A DNA stretch of 64,000 nt from Haliotis rufescens (lineage: Eukaryota), in assembly GCF_023055435.1 (NCBI RefSeq), contig NW_025964112.1, positions 3,038,001-3,102,000 of the forward strand, written 5' to 3'. Position 1 is the first letter of the stretch, and every line of letters begins with the position of its first letter. The translations under genes were made by a program, and so were the position numbers. Below the pieces are notes generated by a model. It saw nothing but the letters and a program-made list of their open reading frames with translations. It had not been told where the DNA came from and did not search any database. Of this stretch, positions 25,860 to 39,464 are shown piece by piece.

Positions 25860-26197
25860 TACCAGACAAGACATTTGTGTCATATATTTATATAACAGAC
25901 AGGAAGTAGTGTTATAATATATGTGTTTATAACAAACAGGAAGTTGTGTTACATATATATGTGCATAACAGACAGGAAAATGTGTTATGATATAAGTGTA
26001 TATAACAAACAGGAAGTTGTGTAACATATATATGTGTATAACAGACAAGAAGTTGTGTAATAATATTTGTGTAAAACAGACAGGAAGTTGTCTTACATAG
26101 ATATGTGTATAACAGACAGGAAGTTGTGTTATAATATATGTGTATAACAGACAGGAAGTTGTGTTACATATATATGTGTATAACAGACAGGAAATTG

Positions 26198-26267
<70 letters not shown>

Positions 26268-27318
26268 ATAACAGACAGGAAGTTGTGTTACATATATTTA
26301 TGTATAACAGACAGGAAGTTGTGTTACATATATATGTGTATAACAGACAGGAAATTGTCTTACATATATATGTGTATAACAGACAGGAAGTTGTGTTGCA
26401 TATACATGTGTATAACAGACAGGAAGTTGTGTTACATATACATGTGTATAACAGACAGGAAGTTGTCTTACATATATATGTGTAAAACAGACAGGAAGTT
26501 GTGTTACATATATTTATGTATAACAGACAGGAAGTTGTGTTACATATACATGTGTATAACAGACAGGAAGTTGTCTTACATATATATGTCTAAAACAGAC
26601 AGGAAGTTGTGTTACATATACATGTGTATAACAGACAGGAAGTTGTCTTACATATATATGTGTAAAACAGACAGGAAGTTGTGTTACATATATTTATGTA
26701 TAACAGACAGGAAGTTGTGTTACATATATATGTATAACAGACAGGAAGTTGTGTTACATATATATGTGTATAACAGACAGGAAGTTGTGTTACAAATATA
26801 TGTGTNNNNNNNNNNNNNNNNNNNNNNNNNNNNNNNNNNNNNNNNNNNNNNNNNNNNNNNNNNNNNNNNNNNNNNNNNNNNNNNNNNNNNNNNNNNNNNN
26901 NNNNNNNNNNNNNNNNNNNNNNNNNNNNNNNNNNNNNNTACATATATATGTGTATAACAGACAGGACGTTGTGTTACATATATATGTGTATCACAGACAG
27001 GAAGTTGTGTTACATATACATGTGTTTAACAGACAGGACGTTGTGTTACATATATATGTGTATAACAGACAGGACGTTGTGTTACATATATATGTGTATA
27101 ACAGACAGGACGTTGTGTTACATATATATGTGTATCACAGACAGGAAGTTGTGTTACATATACATGTGTATAACAGACAGGACGTTGTGTTACATATACA
27201 TGTGTATCACAGACAGGACGTTGTGTTACATATACATGTGTATAACAGACAGGACGTTGTGTTACATATACATGTGTTACATATATATGTATATAACAGA
27301 CAGGGAGTTGTGTTACAG
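25860..27318. repeat. 36-bp minisatellite with embedded (TA)n and an assembly gap
   Basis: Unit ATAACAGACAGGAAGTTGTGTTACATATATATGTGT; stray monomers at ~24475, ~28155 and ~28615. Confidence 0.95.
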
Positions 27319-27905
27319 TGCATGCAGACATGCCAATAAGAACAATATAGAACTCAGCACTGTTACCTTCCATCACATGTACGAGTAAACATGTAGCTGA
27401 CCATGATAGAGCAATGCAAGAAACTATCCATTCGTTCATGCTTGTTTTCATTCATTCATGCTTGTTTTCATTCATTCATGCTTAACTTCACTCATTCATC
27501 ACAAACATGCTTGTTTAACCCCACCTCGTATATCACAAATGAGTTCTACTATTATTCAAAAATTACACTTATATTTCTTTTTAGTTAAATACTATCCTTG
27601 TTTCAATGAATGTATAATACTTATTTGATTGTTTTAATTAATAATAATCACGAATCCACATTCCGTGTATTCGTATCTAAACACACATATATCCAAATAC
27701 AAACAATATCTACAATATTGCAAATACATTTGATGAATAAAATCATCAGTCAAATAATATAATATTAACCTTGGAATTCGATCCAAAGTTCCCAAAAGAG
27801 ATCCAAAGAGGGTCTCATTGCGAATAACAAGTCAGAATATAGATAGATATATGTCTATCCTTCGAAGAATATATGTGGACTGATCACAGACCTTCTTGTA
27901 CCCAG

Positions 27906-27997
27906 GCTGGCCATGAAGACGAAAGGGCTTGAGTCGGGGAAGGGCCGAGGCTACTGCGTTAGTACACAGGGTGTGACTTCCACAAGCAACCCTTGCA
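27906..27997 (+). CDS. Candidate exon (MKTKGLESGKGRGYCVSTQGVTSTSNPC), unassigned
   Basis: CCTTCTTGTACCCAG acceptor, GCCATG, A|GTAAGC donor, one open frame; no homology recognised. Confidence 0.25.
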
Positions 27998-28777
27998 GTA
28001 AGCATACTTAGAAAAAGGGCTGTGACTGATAGCGTAATGCTTAAGGTGGGCTGAGCAAGCAATAAAACAAGATGACGAAAACTGCATTTCATATAATGTA
28101 CATGAATTATACTTTTGAGGAAATATACAAGAACATCTGAAACTGTCACATATATCACAGACAGGAAATTGTGTTACATATATATATCATTTATTAATTT
28201 GACGTTTACACGATATACGGCTTTTTCATTGGACGAGAGGTCGGTCACATGACCACGAAATTGACGTTCATAGGTGTACAGTTTGACGTTTCACGAGACC
28301 GTGAAATGAAGTAAACACAAACGGACTACTTCCACATCCCTAGGAAAACCCCTGGGAATTCCCAGGCATGAAAACACTCATAATCGTTCTTTACGATCAT
28401 TTAGAACCTTTAATCTTGGTCTCAGCATTTCAGTATACATTGCGAAACGCCAGAGAGCTTGACTGCATGACTGTTCACGAATTTCCTCGCTACGGCCCAT
28501 CCTAATGAACAAACGGCCCAAACTAATGAACGTCGCAAGCTCCGACGTTCATACAGTTAGGCCCTCACTCTATGAAGGTTCACACAAAGTGAAGGTCAAT
28601 TCCTAAGACTTAGTATATAACAGACAGGAGTTTGTATTACATATAAATGTACATGTATATATGACATGTATGTACATGTATATAAAGGACTGTTACGGCG
28701 TATGGTAGTTGCATTTCTAAATTTATATATTCATAAATATTATGTAGACAGGACACGATGTTACGTATAGTTTGCAA

Positions 28778-30750
28778 ACATACAGTTGACAATAAACAAT
28801 ATACATTTAGAAACACATACAGTTAGCAACAAACAATACACATTGATACACACATACAGTTGACAATAAACGATACACATTGATTCACACATACAGTTGG
28901 CAATAAACAATACACATTGATACACACATACAGTTGACAATAAACAATACACATTGATACACAGATACAGTTGGCAATAAACAATACACATTGATACACA
29001 CATACAGTTGACAATAAACAATACACATTGATTCACACATACAGTTGTCAATAAACAATACACATTGATACACACATACAGTTGGAAATAAACAATACAC
29101 ATTGATACACACATACAGTTGTCAATAAACAATACACATTGATTCACACATACAGTTGTCAATAAACAATACACATTGATACACACATACAGTTGTCAAT
29201 AAACAATACACATTGATACACACATACAGTTGTCAATAAACAATACACATTGATTCACACATACAGTTGTCAATAAACAATACACATTGATACACACATA
29301 CAGTTGGAAAAAAACAATATTCTGATACACACATACAGTTGTCAATAAACAATACACATTTAGACACACATACAGTTGGCAACAAACAATACACATTGAT
29401 ACACACATACAGTTGACAATAAACAATACACATTGATTCACACATACAGTTGTCAATAAACAATACACATTAATACACACATACAGTTGGCAATAAACAA
29501 TACACATTGATACACACATACAGTTGACAATAAACAATACACATTGATACACACATACAGTTGGCAATAAATATTACACATTGATACACACTTTCAGTTG
29601 ACAATAAACAATATTCTGATACACACATACAGTTGTCAATAAACAATACACATTGATACACACATACAGTTGTCAATAAACGATACACATTGATTCACAC
29701 ATACAGTTGGCAATAAACAAGACACATTGATACACACATACAGTTGTCAATAAACAATACACATTGATACACACATACAGTTGTCAATAAACAATATACA
29801 TTGATACACACATATAGTTGGAAATAAACAATATACACTGATACACACATACAGTTGTCAATAAACAATACACATTGATACACACATACAGTTGGCAATA
29901 AACAATACACATTGATACACACATACAGTTGTCAATAAACAATACACATTGATACACACATACAGTTGTCAATAAACAATACACATTGATACACACATAC
30001 AGTTGTCAATAAACAATATACATTGATACACACATACAGTTGGAAATAAACAATACTCTGATACCCCCATACAGTTGATAATAAACAATACTCTGATACC
30101 CCCATACAGTTGTCAATAAACAATACACATTGATACACACATACAGTTGATAATAAACAATACACATTGATACACACATACAGTTGATAATAAACAATAC
30201 ACTGATACACACATACAGTTGTCAATAAACAATACACATTGATACACACATACAGTTGACAATAAACAATACACATTGAAACACACATCCAGTTGATAAT
30301 AAACAATACACATTGATACACACATCCAGTTGACAATAAACAATACACATTGAAACACACATCCAGTTGACAATAAACAATACACATTGATACACACATA
30401 CAGTTGATAATAAACAATACACATTGATACACACATACAGTTGATAATAAACAATACACTGATACACACATACAGTTGTCAATAAACAATACACATTGAT
30501 TCACACATACAGTTGTCAATAAACAATACACATTGATACACACATACAGTTGGAAATAAACAATACACATTGATACACACTTACATTTGACAATAAAGAA
30601 GACACTGATACACACTTACATTTGATAATAAACAATACACATTGATACACACATACAGTTGGCAATAAACAATACACTGATACACACATACATTTGATAA
30701 TAAACAATACACTGATACACACATACAGTTGATAATAAACAAGACACACT
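28778..30750. repeat. 37-bp minisatellite
   Basis: Unit CATACAGTTGACAATAAACAATACACATTGATACACA. Confidence 0.97.
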
Positions 30751-30759
30751 ATAACAACA

Positions 30760-31160
30760 TTTTCAAAACCAAAGCTTGTCTAGGGTCCGTTTCCCATAGT
30801 GCACTACTGCATGACAATAGAGTGTCAAGGCAGGGCGTTGTGGTCGTAGGTAGAGTTCATGTCGATGACCTATGACATTTGCATGATTCGTTTTCTTAGG
30901 AAACTCGGAGACAGTTTTCACGTTCAAGTCATGGCATTGTCTCAGATTTCTTCTGGAACTTTATGACACATGTCGTCTTCACAACTCATTCAGTTAAGAA
31001 AGTGAACTGTAAAGCGGAAAATAACTCCATTGGTCCCCTTGAAGCTGGGGAATCACACACATCAGTGGCACAGCATTTGAACGTTGCCCTGGGCACAATT
31101 TCCCGACTTTGGCCACGATATCGGCAATAGAAATCTACAAGAACGTCACGGACTGTCTGG
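30760..31160 (+). mobile_element. Tc1/mariner transposase N-terminal HTH remnant
   Basis: 31020-31135 translates NNSIGPLEAGESHTSVAQHLNVALGTISRLWPRYRQ*KST, matching the Tc1 pattern AIGxLxAG..VA..FNV..TISRL..RY..TGS; upstream boundary approximate. Confidence 0.75.
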
Positions 31161-31351
31161 GGGATAACACAGGAATAAAGTCACAACTATTTTTAACAGA
31201 AGTGTTAATATCTTTCAAAATAGACAACTATGACATATAAGAATACAAATAGATATTTAAAACAATAAAATTGAAAATATAACACAGCACATCAATTACC
31301 AGATTTGAGCATATCATATTCTATTGATAACATTAACATTCATGTAAATGA

Positions 31352-31480
31352 GGGGCAGTCGGGTAGCCTAGTGGTTCGCTCGTCACGCCGAAAACCCGGG
31401 GTCGATTACCGACATGGCTACAGTGTGTGAAGCCCATTTCTGGTCTCTGCTAAAAGCGGTGTGAAATCAACCTCACTCAC
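31352..31480 (+). mobile_element. tRNA-derived SINE family A with 11-bp TSD
   Basis: TCATGTAAATG at 31340-31350 and 31481-31491 flanks a deleted SINE copy. Confidence 0.88.
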
Positions 31481-31511
31481 TCATGTAAATGTCATTTGAG
31501 TGTTCAGCCTT

Positions 31512-33497
31512 ATGACACAAAATGACACGACTAGCTCAAGACGCCACACACAATGACATGACTAGCTCCAGACGCCACACACAATGACATGACTACCTCC
31601 AAACACCACAGACAATGACATGACTACCTCCAGACGCCACACACAATGACATGACTACCTCCAAACACCACACACAATGACATGACTACCTCCAAACGCC
31701 ACACACAATGACATGACTACCTCCAAACGCCACACACAATGACATGACTACCTCCAAACACCACACACAATGACACGAACAGATCCAGACACCACACACA
31801 ATGACATGACTACCTCCAAACGCCACACACAATGACATGACTACCTCCAAACACCACAGACAATGACATGACTACCTCCAAACACCACACACAATGACAT
31901 GACTACCTCCAAACGCCACACACAATGACATGACTACCTCCAAACGCCACACACAATGACATGACTACCTCCAAACGCCACACACAATGACATGACTACC
32001 TCCAAACGCCACACACAATGACACGAACAGATCCAAACACCACACACAATGACATGACTACCTCCAAACGCCACATACAATGACATGACTACCTCCAAAC
32101 ACCACAGACAATGACATGACTACCTCCAAACACCACACACAATGACATGACTACCTCCAAACGCCACACACAATGACATGACTACCTCCAAACGCCACAC
32201 ACAATGACATGACTACCTCCAAACGCCACACACAATGACATGACTACCTCCAAACACCACACACAATGACATGACTACCTCCAAACACCACACACAATGA
32301 CATGACTACCTCCAAACGCCACACACAATGACACGAACAGATCCAGACACCACACACAATGACATGACTACCTCCAAACGCCACACACAATGACATGACT
32401 ACCTCCAAACACCACAGACAATGACATGACTACCTCCAAACACCACACACAATGACATGACTACCTCCAAACGCCACACACAATGACATGACTACCTCCA
32501 AACGCCACACACAATGACATGACTACCTCCAAACGCCACACACAATGACATGACTACCTCCAAACGCCACACACAATGACATGACTACCTCCAAACGCCA
32601 CACACAATGAAATGACTACCTCCAAACGCCACACACAATGACATGACTACCTCCAAACGCCACACACAATGACATGACTACCTCCAAACGCCACACACAA
32701 TGACATGACTACCTCCAGACGCCACACACAATGACATGACTACCTCCAAACACCACACACAATGACATGACTACCTCCAAACACCACACACAATGACACG
32801 AACAGATCCAGACACCACACACAATGACATGACTACCTCCAAACGCCACACACAATGACATGACTACCTCCAAACGCCACACACAATGACATGACTACCT
32901 CCAAACGCCACACACAATGACATGACTACCTCCAAACGCCACACACAATGACATGACTACCTCCAAACGCCACACACAATGACATGACTACCTCCAAACG
33001 CCACACACAATGACATGACTACCTCCAAACGCCACACACAATGACACGAACAGATCCAAACACCACACACAATGACATGACTACCTCCAAACGCCACACA
33101 CAATGACATGACTACCTCCAAACGCCACACACAATGACATGACTACCTCCAAACGCCACACACAATGACATGACTACCTCCAAACGCCACACACAATGAC
33201 ATGACTACCTCCAAACGCCACACACAATGACATGACTACCTCCAAACGCCACACACAATGACATGACTACCTCCAAACGCCACACACAATGACATGACTA
33301 CCTCCAAACACCACACACAATGAAATGACTACCTCCAAACACCACACACAATGACATGACTACCTCCAAACACCACACACAATGAAATGACTACCTCCAA
33401 ACACCACACACAATGACATGACTACCTCCAAACACCACAGACAATGACATGACTACCTCCAAACACCACACACAATGACATGACTACCTCCAAACAC
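31512..33497. repeat. 31-bp minisatellite
   Basis: Unit AATGACATGACTACCTCCAAAC(G/A)CCACACAC with an interspersed CACGAACAGATCCA variant. Confidence 0.97.
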
Positions 33498-34239
33498 AAC
33501 TTGTCCTCCTCCGGGCCCAAACACGACACATTACTTAAAGGAGCACAGTTTGCGACGTCGCTGGAAGTCTTTGAAATGTTCTTTCTGGTATATGTCCTTG
33601 TTGCTGTGACGCTGATATTTACAGAAGATATAGGTCAAAGGCGAGTGGGTAGACATTATGATCCACTACTGTTCGTGAAAACGTATTTTTTGTAGGCGGC
33701 AACAATATGGTGTATTAAGGGTTTCTTCAAATGCAGTTTCTGAGGCTGAGACCCTAGATTGAAATTTTGGAAATACATTCACACGAATATGTCTAGGGTA
33801 AAGATCCCAGTTGGGTAAATTACTTGCCAATAAACGCCGCATCTGTTCTTTGAGCACATCAGTACCTATATCACATGTTACAATGAAACATCTAGAAATT
33901 GCTGGGTATTGGTCAAAAAGGACGTTTTAATATGGCTGGAATGGCGGATCGGTTGTTTCTGAGCATGTTTATGGTCAATACAACGCTCCAGTTTAATATA
34001 GGCTTTATGCTTTTAGAGACGATGCCGAAAGCTTAATGCTTTACGGTGGATGCACAGGGACGAAGAGTTAATGTGCGCTTAGCATGATTAAACACTTGGT
34101 GATTCGATACTGCACATGTTATAGGCATTCCTGTAAAAATCGGTGTTAATCCCTTCTAACTCATTTTGATGAAACGAAAACCAATACTTAATTGTTGTAA
34201 ACGCGATCTTGCCTACTATATAATTATCTAACGAAACCA

Positions 34240-34836
34240 CTTCCTACTCTCGCCCTGCCCCTAGCTTGCTCCTACCCTCCCCCTCCACCCCTAGCTGGCT
34301 CCTACTCTCCCACCCCCGTGCTCCCCATCTGTCTCCTGTCCTCCCCCTGCCCCCCAAGCTGGTTCCTATCCTCCCCCTGCCCCTCCCTAGCTTGCTCCTA
34401 CCCTCTCCCTCCACCCCTGGCTGGCTCCTACCCCCCCCCCCCCTCCTGCCCTACCTTGCCCCTACCCTCCCCCTCCACTCCTAGCTGGCTCCTACCTCCT
34501 ACCCTCCCCCTCCACCCCTAGCTTGCCCCTACCCTCCCCCTCCACTCCTAGCTGGCTCCTACCTCCTACCCTCCCCCTCCACCCCTAGCTTGCTCCTACC
34601 CTCCCCTTCCACTCCTAGCTGGCTCCTACCCTCCCCCTCCACCCCTAGCTTGCTCCTACCCTCCCCCTCCACTCCTAGCTGGCTCCTACCCTCCCCTCCA
34701 CCCCTAGCTGGCTCCTACCCTCCCCCTCCACCCCTAGCTGGCTCCTACCCTCCCCTGACCCCTCCCTACCTTGCTCCTACCCCCCCCCCCCCCCCCCCCC
34801 CCCCCCTCCACCCCTTGCTAGCTCCTACCCACCCTC
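34240..34836. repeat. C-rich degenerate ~30-bp repeat
   Basis: CCTAGCT(T/G)GCTCCTACCCTCCCCCTCCAC units plus a poly-C tract. Confidence 0.9.
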
Positions 34837-35272
34837 CTCGGTGTGATATATCGGTTTGTCCATCGAAACTACGTTTTGTGTTTATTAAGAGCTGTGTCCC
34901 TTAGTACGACATAATTGAATATACACCGATAACAAAATCTGTCATCAAAGTTATACTCTGAAATTATAACATCTGTTAACCATTACCGATGAATCAGGCC
35001 GCGCGTATGACTTCATCCACACTGTTTGGACGGGCGGTACATGGCATCGCGGTTGACATGCGCATTACAGGTCCCTTCACAGAATCAACAATATTCTTCT
35101 TACGCAGGCACCAATTCAAATATTGGTAGGGTATTCATACATCCAAATAAGACTACTTATAGTATGTACATTGTTATGTATACGTATGTATAATTTGAAT
35201 TATATGTGCTTATGTATAACATGGAATAAATCAGTATTCCTATGAAATTGTGAACTCCAAAACTATCAGGAC

Positions 35273-35304
35273 CAGAGACCATATAATAGTCTTTATGGTC
35301 TCTG
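35273..35304. mobile_element. 32-bp micro-MITE with 11-bp TIR and 8-bp TSD
   Basis: ATCAGGAC [CAGAGACCATA TAATAGTCTT TATGGTCTCTG] ATCAGGAC. Confidence 0.85.
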
Positions 35305-35759
35305 ATCAGGACGGAACATCAGGAATATAAGATGTGCTTAAAATGGTGTACATCGCAGGGATTTAAATAGATTTGATCAGAAGTCGATATTCGGCCCCAA
35401 GTCTGCTCAGGAAAAATTCCCAGTTTGAATTAAACATTTCCCACTTCATTAAATTTTACCAAAATAATTTTTTTTAATAAAAAAACATCCAGTTGTGACC
35501 AATATTTTCCCAGTTTACCTGCCAAGGGCACTGAGTTTGGAATCCAAAATAAATAACACATCCTCCCGAAGAAAGGGAGTTAACTGACTCTAAAAGTCCA
35601 GTTACCAACCTAACCGAACAAGGCTGGAATTTCTTGGCTCGATTGCAGCGCCAATGGTAGCTATTACAAATTATGTCCATTCAATACCACTCCTATTAAC
35701 CAATGAGATTCCACCTCTCATATCCCTTGCATTTGCTTGAAAAGAAATGGCGGCTCCTT

Positions 35760-36425
35760 CATACATATTCCAATATAAACAAGTGACCCCTTCATATATA
35801 TTCCTACATTAACATAGTCACCCTCATCCTGTATATTCCTATATTAACATAGTCACCCCCTTCCTGTATATTCCTATATTAACATATTCACCCTTCATGT
35901 ATATTCCTATATTAACATAGTCACCCTTCATGTATATTCCTATATTAACATAGTCACCCCCTTCCTGTATATTCCTATATTAACATATTCACCCTTCATG
36001 TATATTCCTATATTAACATAGTCACCCCTTCATGTATATTCCTATATTAACATAGTCACCCTCTTCCTGTATATTCCTATATTAACATATTCACCCTTCA
36101 TATATATTCCTATATTAACATAGTCACCCTTCATGTATATTCCTATATTAACATAGTCACCCCCTTCCTGTATATTCCTATATTAACATATTAACCCTTC
36201 ATGTATATTCCTATATTAACATAGTCACCCTTCATGTATATTCCTATGTTAACATAGTCACCCCCTTCCTGTATATTCCTACATTAACATATTCACCCTT
36301 CATGTATATTCCTACATTAAAATATCCACCCTTCATGTATATTCCTATATTAACATAGTCACCCTTCATGAATATTCCTATATTAACCTAGTCATCCCTT
36401 CATGTATATTCCTTTATTAACATAG
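35760..36425. repeat. 33-35-bp minisatellite
   Basis: Unit TATATTCCTATATTAACATAGTCACCC(CC)TTC(A/C)TG. Confidence 0.95.
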
Positions 36426-36432
36426 TTTCTCT

Positions 36433-36580
36433 GTCATCGATCCCAATTGCGTGGATCAATGCTCATGATATTAATCACTGGATTGTCTTGTCCAGACTCG
36501 ATTATTTACAGACCACCTCCATATAGCTGTAATATTGCTGAGAGCAGCGTTAAACAACAAACCAACCAACCAACCAACCT
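36433..36580 (+). mobile_element. 5'-truncated SINE family B (another at ~37503-37700)
   Basis: Matches the 3' half of 6174-6436. Confidence 0.85.
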
Positions 36581-36852
36581 TCAAGTATCACTTCGGGCTT
36601 TCCTCACCCATGAAACTGACACGCTGTGATATGGTCATAGTGTCTACGTCATGTTTATTCCCATAACAGCATAAGTGGTACGATGCGATTTCCAGACAAA
36701 AAGCAATGTATACAATACCAGGCCAACACAGAGATCACCTTTAACGTGTTCAGGTGGTTTTGATCAAAGACTCGTTCATCTTGTCGTTTGGTGACGCTAA
36801 TTCTTATATGAAGGGCTATGGACGGCGAGATGCCGCTGCCAGCTACATACGC

Positions 36853-36885
<33 letters not shown>

Positions 36886-37861
36886 GCCTCTCCCACCGCC
36901 GCACATGTTCCGCTTTCTTTACTGTCACACTGGCGTTCTGTGGTATGTGGAGGTATGCCGTAGCGTGGAGGGCCGGTGGTGGTCTATTATGATAGAATGC
37001 ACACATTGTTCGGCTGCAAGAAATAAAAAGTTGCCTAAGCGAACAAAGCTACCATCCACTGTGACACCGCTTCTACCTCGACACACGGGCGACTGGGGAC
37101 AACTGCTCCTTTTAGCATTCCAGTGAAAAAGCCAAGTGTTGACTCGCTACCATATCAGGTGAAACAGGACCCGTATTCTTGGTCACGTGGGAATATGCAA
37201 TCTTTATTGTATATTTCGACGTCAATACGTCAATCATTTTCAGTCCAGCTTTGATTACCACATTCTACAAGACCCTCTACCTTTAGTGTCGTATTCGAGA
37301 CAATGTCCAACATGCACTGGTCAACTTCGGTTAACAGCTAATGTCCGAAGGGGGATACCAATAGTCTTCTTCGATCACGGACACAGGTTTCATGAGGGTG
37401 GTAAGATATAAAAAAAAAGACAATTTCATAGTTGTTGGGGCTTTTTTCTAGTTCATGGGGTAGTTTTAATGTTGTTTGGATACTTTTAATAAAATCGCAC
37501 GAGCGAGGCGACGAACGGGATTGGGGGGTCAGTCTCGACTTCGTTGATGCACGTCATCGTATCCAAATTGCGTAGATCGATGCTCAGTATGGCAATCACT
37601 GGATTGTCTGGTCCAGATTCGATTATTTACAGACCGCCGTCATACAGCATATTGCTGAGTGCGGCGTTAAATAACAAACAAGCTATCAAACAAAATAAAA
37701 CAAAATCACACAATTTAAAGTCGGCGACATGGAAATCGAAACAATGAGGCAATCGTATTAACGTGGTGATACTTTCTTGTTTTTAACGATGTCTCGGGGA
37801 TACTTTGTCCGATGATTACTCACGTTCAACTCTCACACACTGACTCTATTGTTTGTCGCAG

Positions 37862-37949
37862 GTGTTCATGTCCGGGAGTCACCAACCTTAACGTAGATGT
37901 TGCACGTGCCTGGTATTCATTTGCACGTGCATTGGTGTTCAAACAGATG
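37862..37949 (+). CDS. Candidate exon (coding CSCPGVTNLNVDVARAWYSFARALVFKQM, or UTR exon ending in ATG)
   Basis: CTGAC branch-like motif, CTCTATTGTTTGTCGCAG acceptor, ATG|GTACGT donor; no homology recognised. Confidence 0.35.
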
Positions 37950-38000
37950 GTACGTGAAAGTTTGTTCCTCTCTGCCCGTGTGACCTTCACATTAAAAGTT

Positions 38001-38096
38001 ACTGACCTTGAGGTTCAAGATGGATGAACATTGAGCACGTGCACACCTCGGGGTACAACACTCAGGTGTTCATCCACCTTGAACCTCAAGGTCGGT
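38001..38096. other. Near-perfect hairpin / inverted repeat
   Basis: GACCTTGAGGTTCAAGATGGATGAACA pairs with TGTTCATCCACCTTGAACCTCAAGGTC (27 bp, 1 mismatch), extendable on both sides. Confidence 0.9.
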
Positions 38097-38928
38097 TAGA
38101 ATCTAATACTTCTAACATGTCGTCATGTTCTTCAAACTTCTAAATACCTTTAAAAAACAACACAATCGTAAGTCAACAATAACATGTGAGAGAAAAGTTT
38201 GTGTGTTCAAGATCGCCTTGTGTAATGGTTCCTGACTTTGGCAGTTTATTGTTCTTTAGTAGTGGATAATCTTAGTTTTATTCTTCCATCCGCGCAGTTA
38301 AGTGTCAACACAGCGAGAGATCGACTGAGTTTCCACCACGAAAGACCAACGGACAGAATTATATTTGCGAGGTAGGCGTTACGTTGTAAAAATCAAATCT
38401 CCCATTACCAGTGTATAAGATCTCCATGTGAGATGTATCTCTTAGAGTGTATTATACATGCATAATCGAGGAGGCAAGGTCAGCGGTAAATGTTGATCTT
38501 ATACACTGCAACAATTAAACGTGCACCTTACCAAAATGAAGTTCCCTGTGCCCGGCTTTGTTAAACTAAAACATACCTATCAACAATTATCATATGTATG
38601 TTCGCGAATAACATTTAGGTCCGTATAAAAAAGTGCTTTGAAGTGCATGATTTAAATAACCATTCACAAAAGAGTAACAGTCGTGTTAGCAATCGAAGTC
38701 TACCTGAAGTTACTGTTATTTCTTCAGGAACACACCCGGCACACAGCATCCCCCTTGTCCCCTGTGTTTGGTTTGTGGTCGACAAAACCGACACGCGATT
38801 TGTTTTTTACTGGCGCCTAAGAAATCTGTATTGAATGAATCCTTAGCACCCATAACATAAGGACCACGAAAAGAAATCAAAGCAAATTGTTTTGTTGAGA
38901 GGCGTGGAAAGCGAACGAAATGTCTTAC

Positions 38929-38971
38929 CAGAGAATTATGAGCAATGAATTCTCCCGTTTGATGTAACAGA
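38929..38971 (-). CDS. Candidate 43-nt exon, unassigned
   Basis: Minus strand CCCTCTTTGCATTCAG acceptor and CTG|GTAAGA donor; one frame (LLHQTGEFIAHNSL) is phase-compatible with the 50708-50793 candidate. Confidence 0.25.
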
Positions 38972-39464
38972 CTGAATGCAAAGAGGGTTTAGCGTTCGAC
39001 ATAATTCGCCATGTACGTTTTCATAATAAACACAGCTTGTGGTCATTGTAATGTATCGGGCGTCCCCATGGCTTTACCGTTACAACAAAATCGAAATGTT
39101 TGCATTTCAGAAGCGTTCGGTGAAGGGGGATCGTTACACCTTTGATGAAACACCAGCCCAGAGCGCTATTAAGATCGCCTGGCACGAGTGAGGTGTAAAC
39201 ATGGCTATTGTATTCTTGTACCGCAAGGCAGAGTTTGATTCAATGAATTCCCTGTATGTTGACCTTCACTTTATTTCAAATTCAGTCAATCAAACGACTG
39301 ATGATCGGTTTGATATGAAAACTGCCCGCGGATACGAGATGGTGTGTACATAACTGCCATTTGTTTGTTTATTGTTTACGTCCGCACCCTAGTCTAGCTA
39401 TTTGCAAATAATCGAGTATAGACCAGTCAAACCAGTGATTGAGCAACATCACTGGGGTACATAC

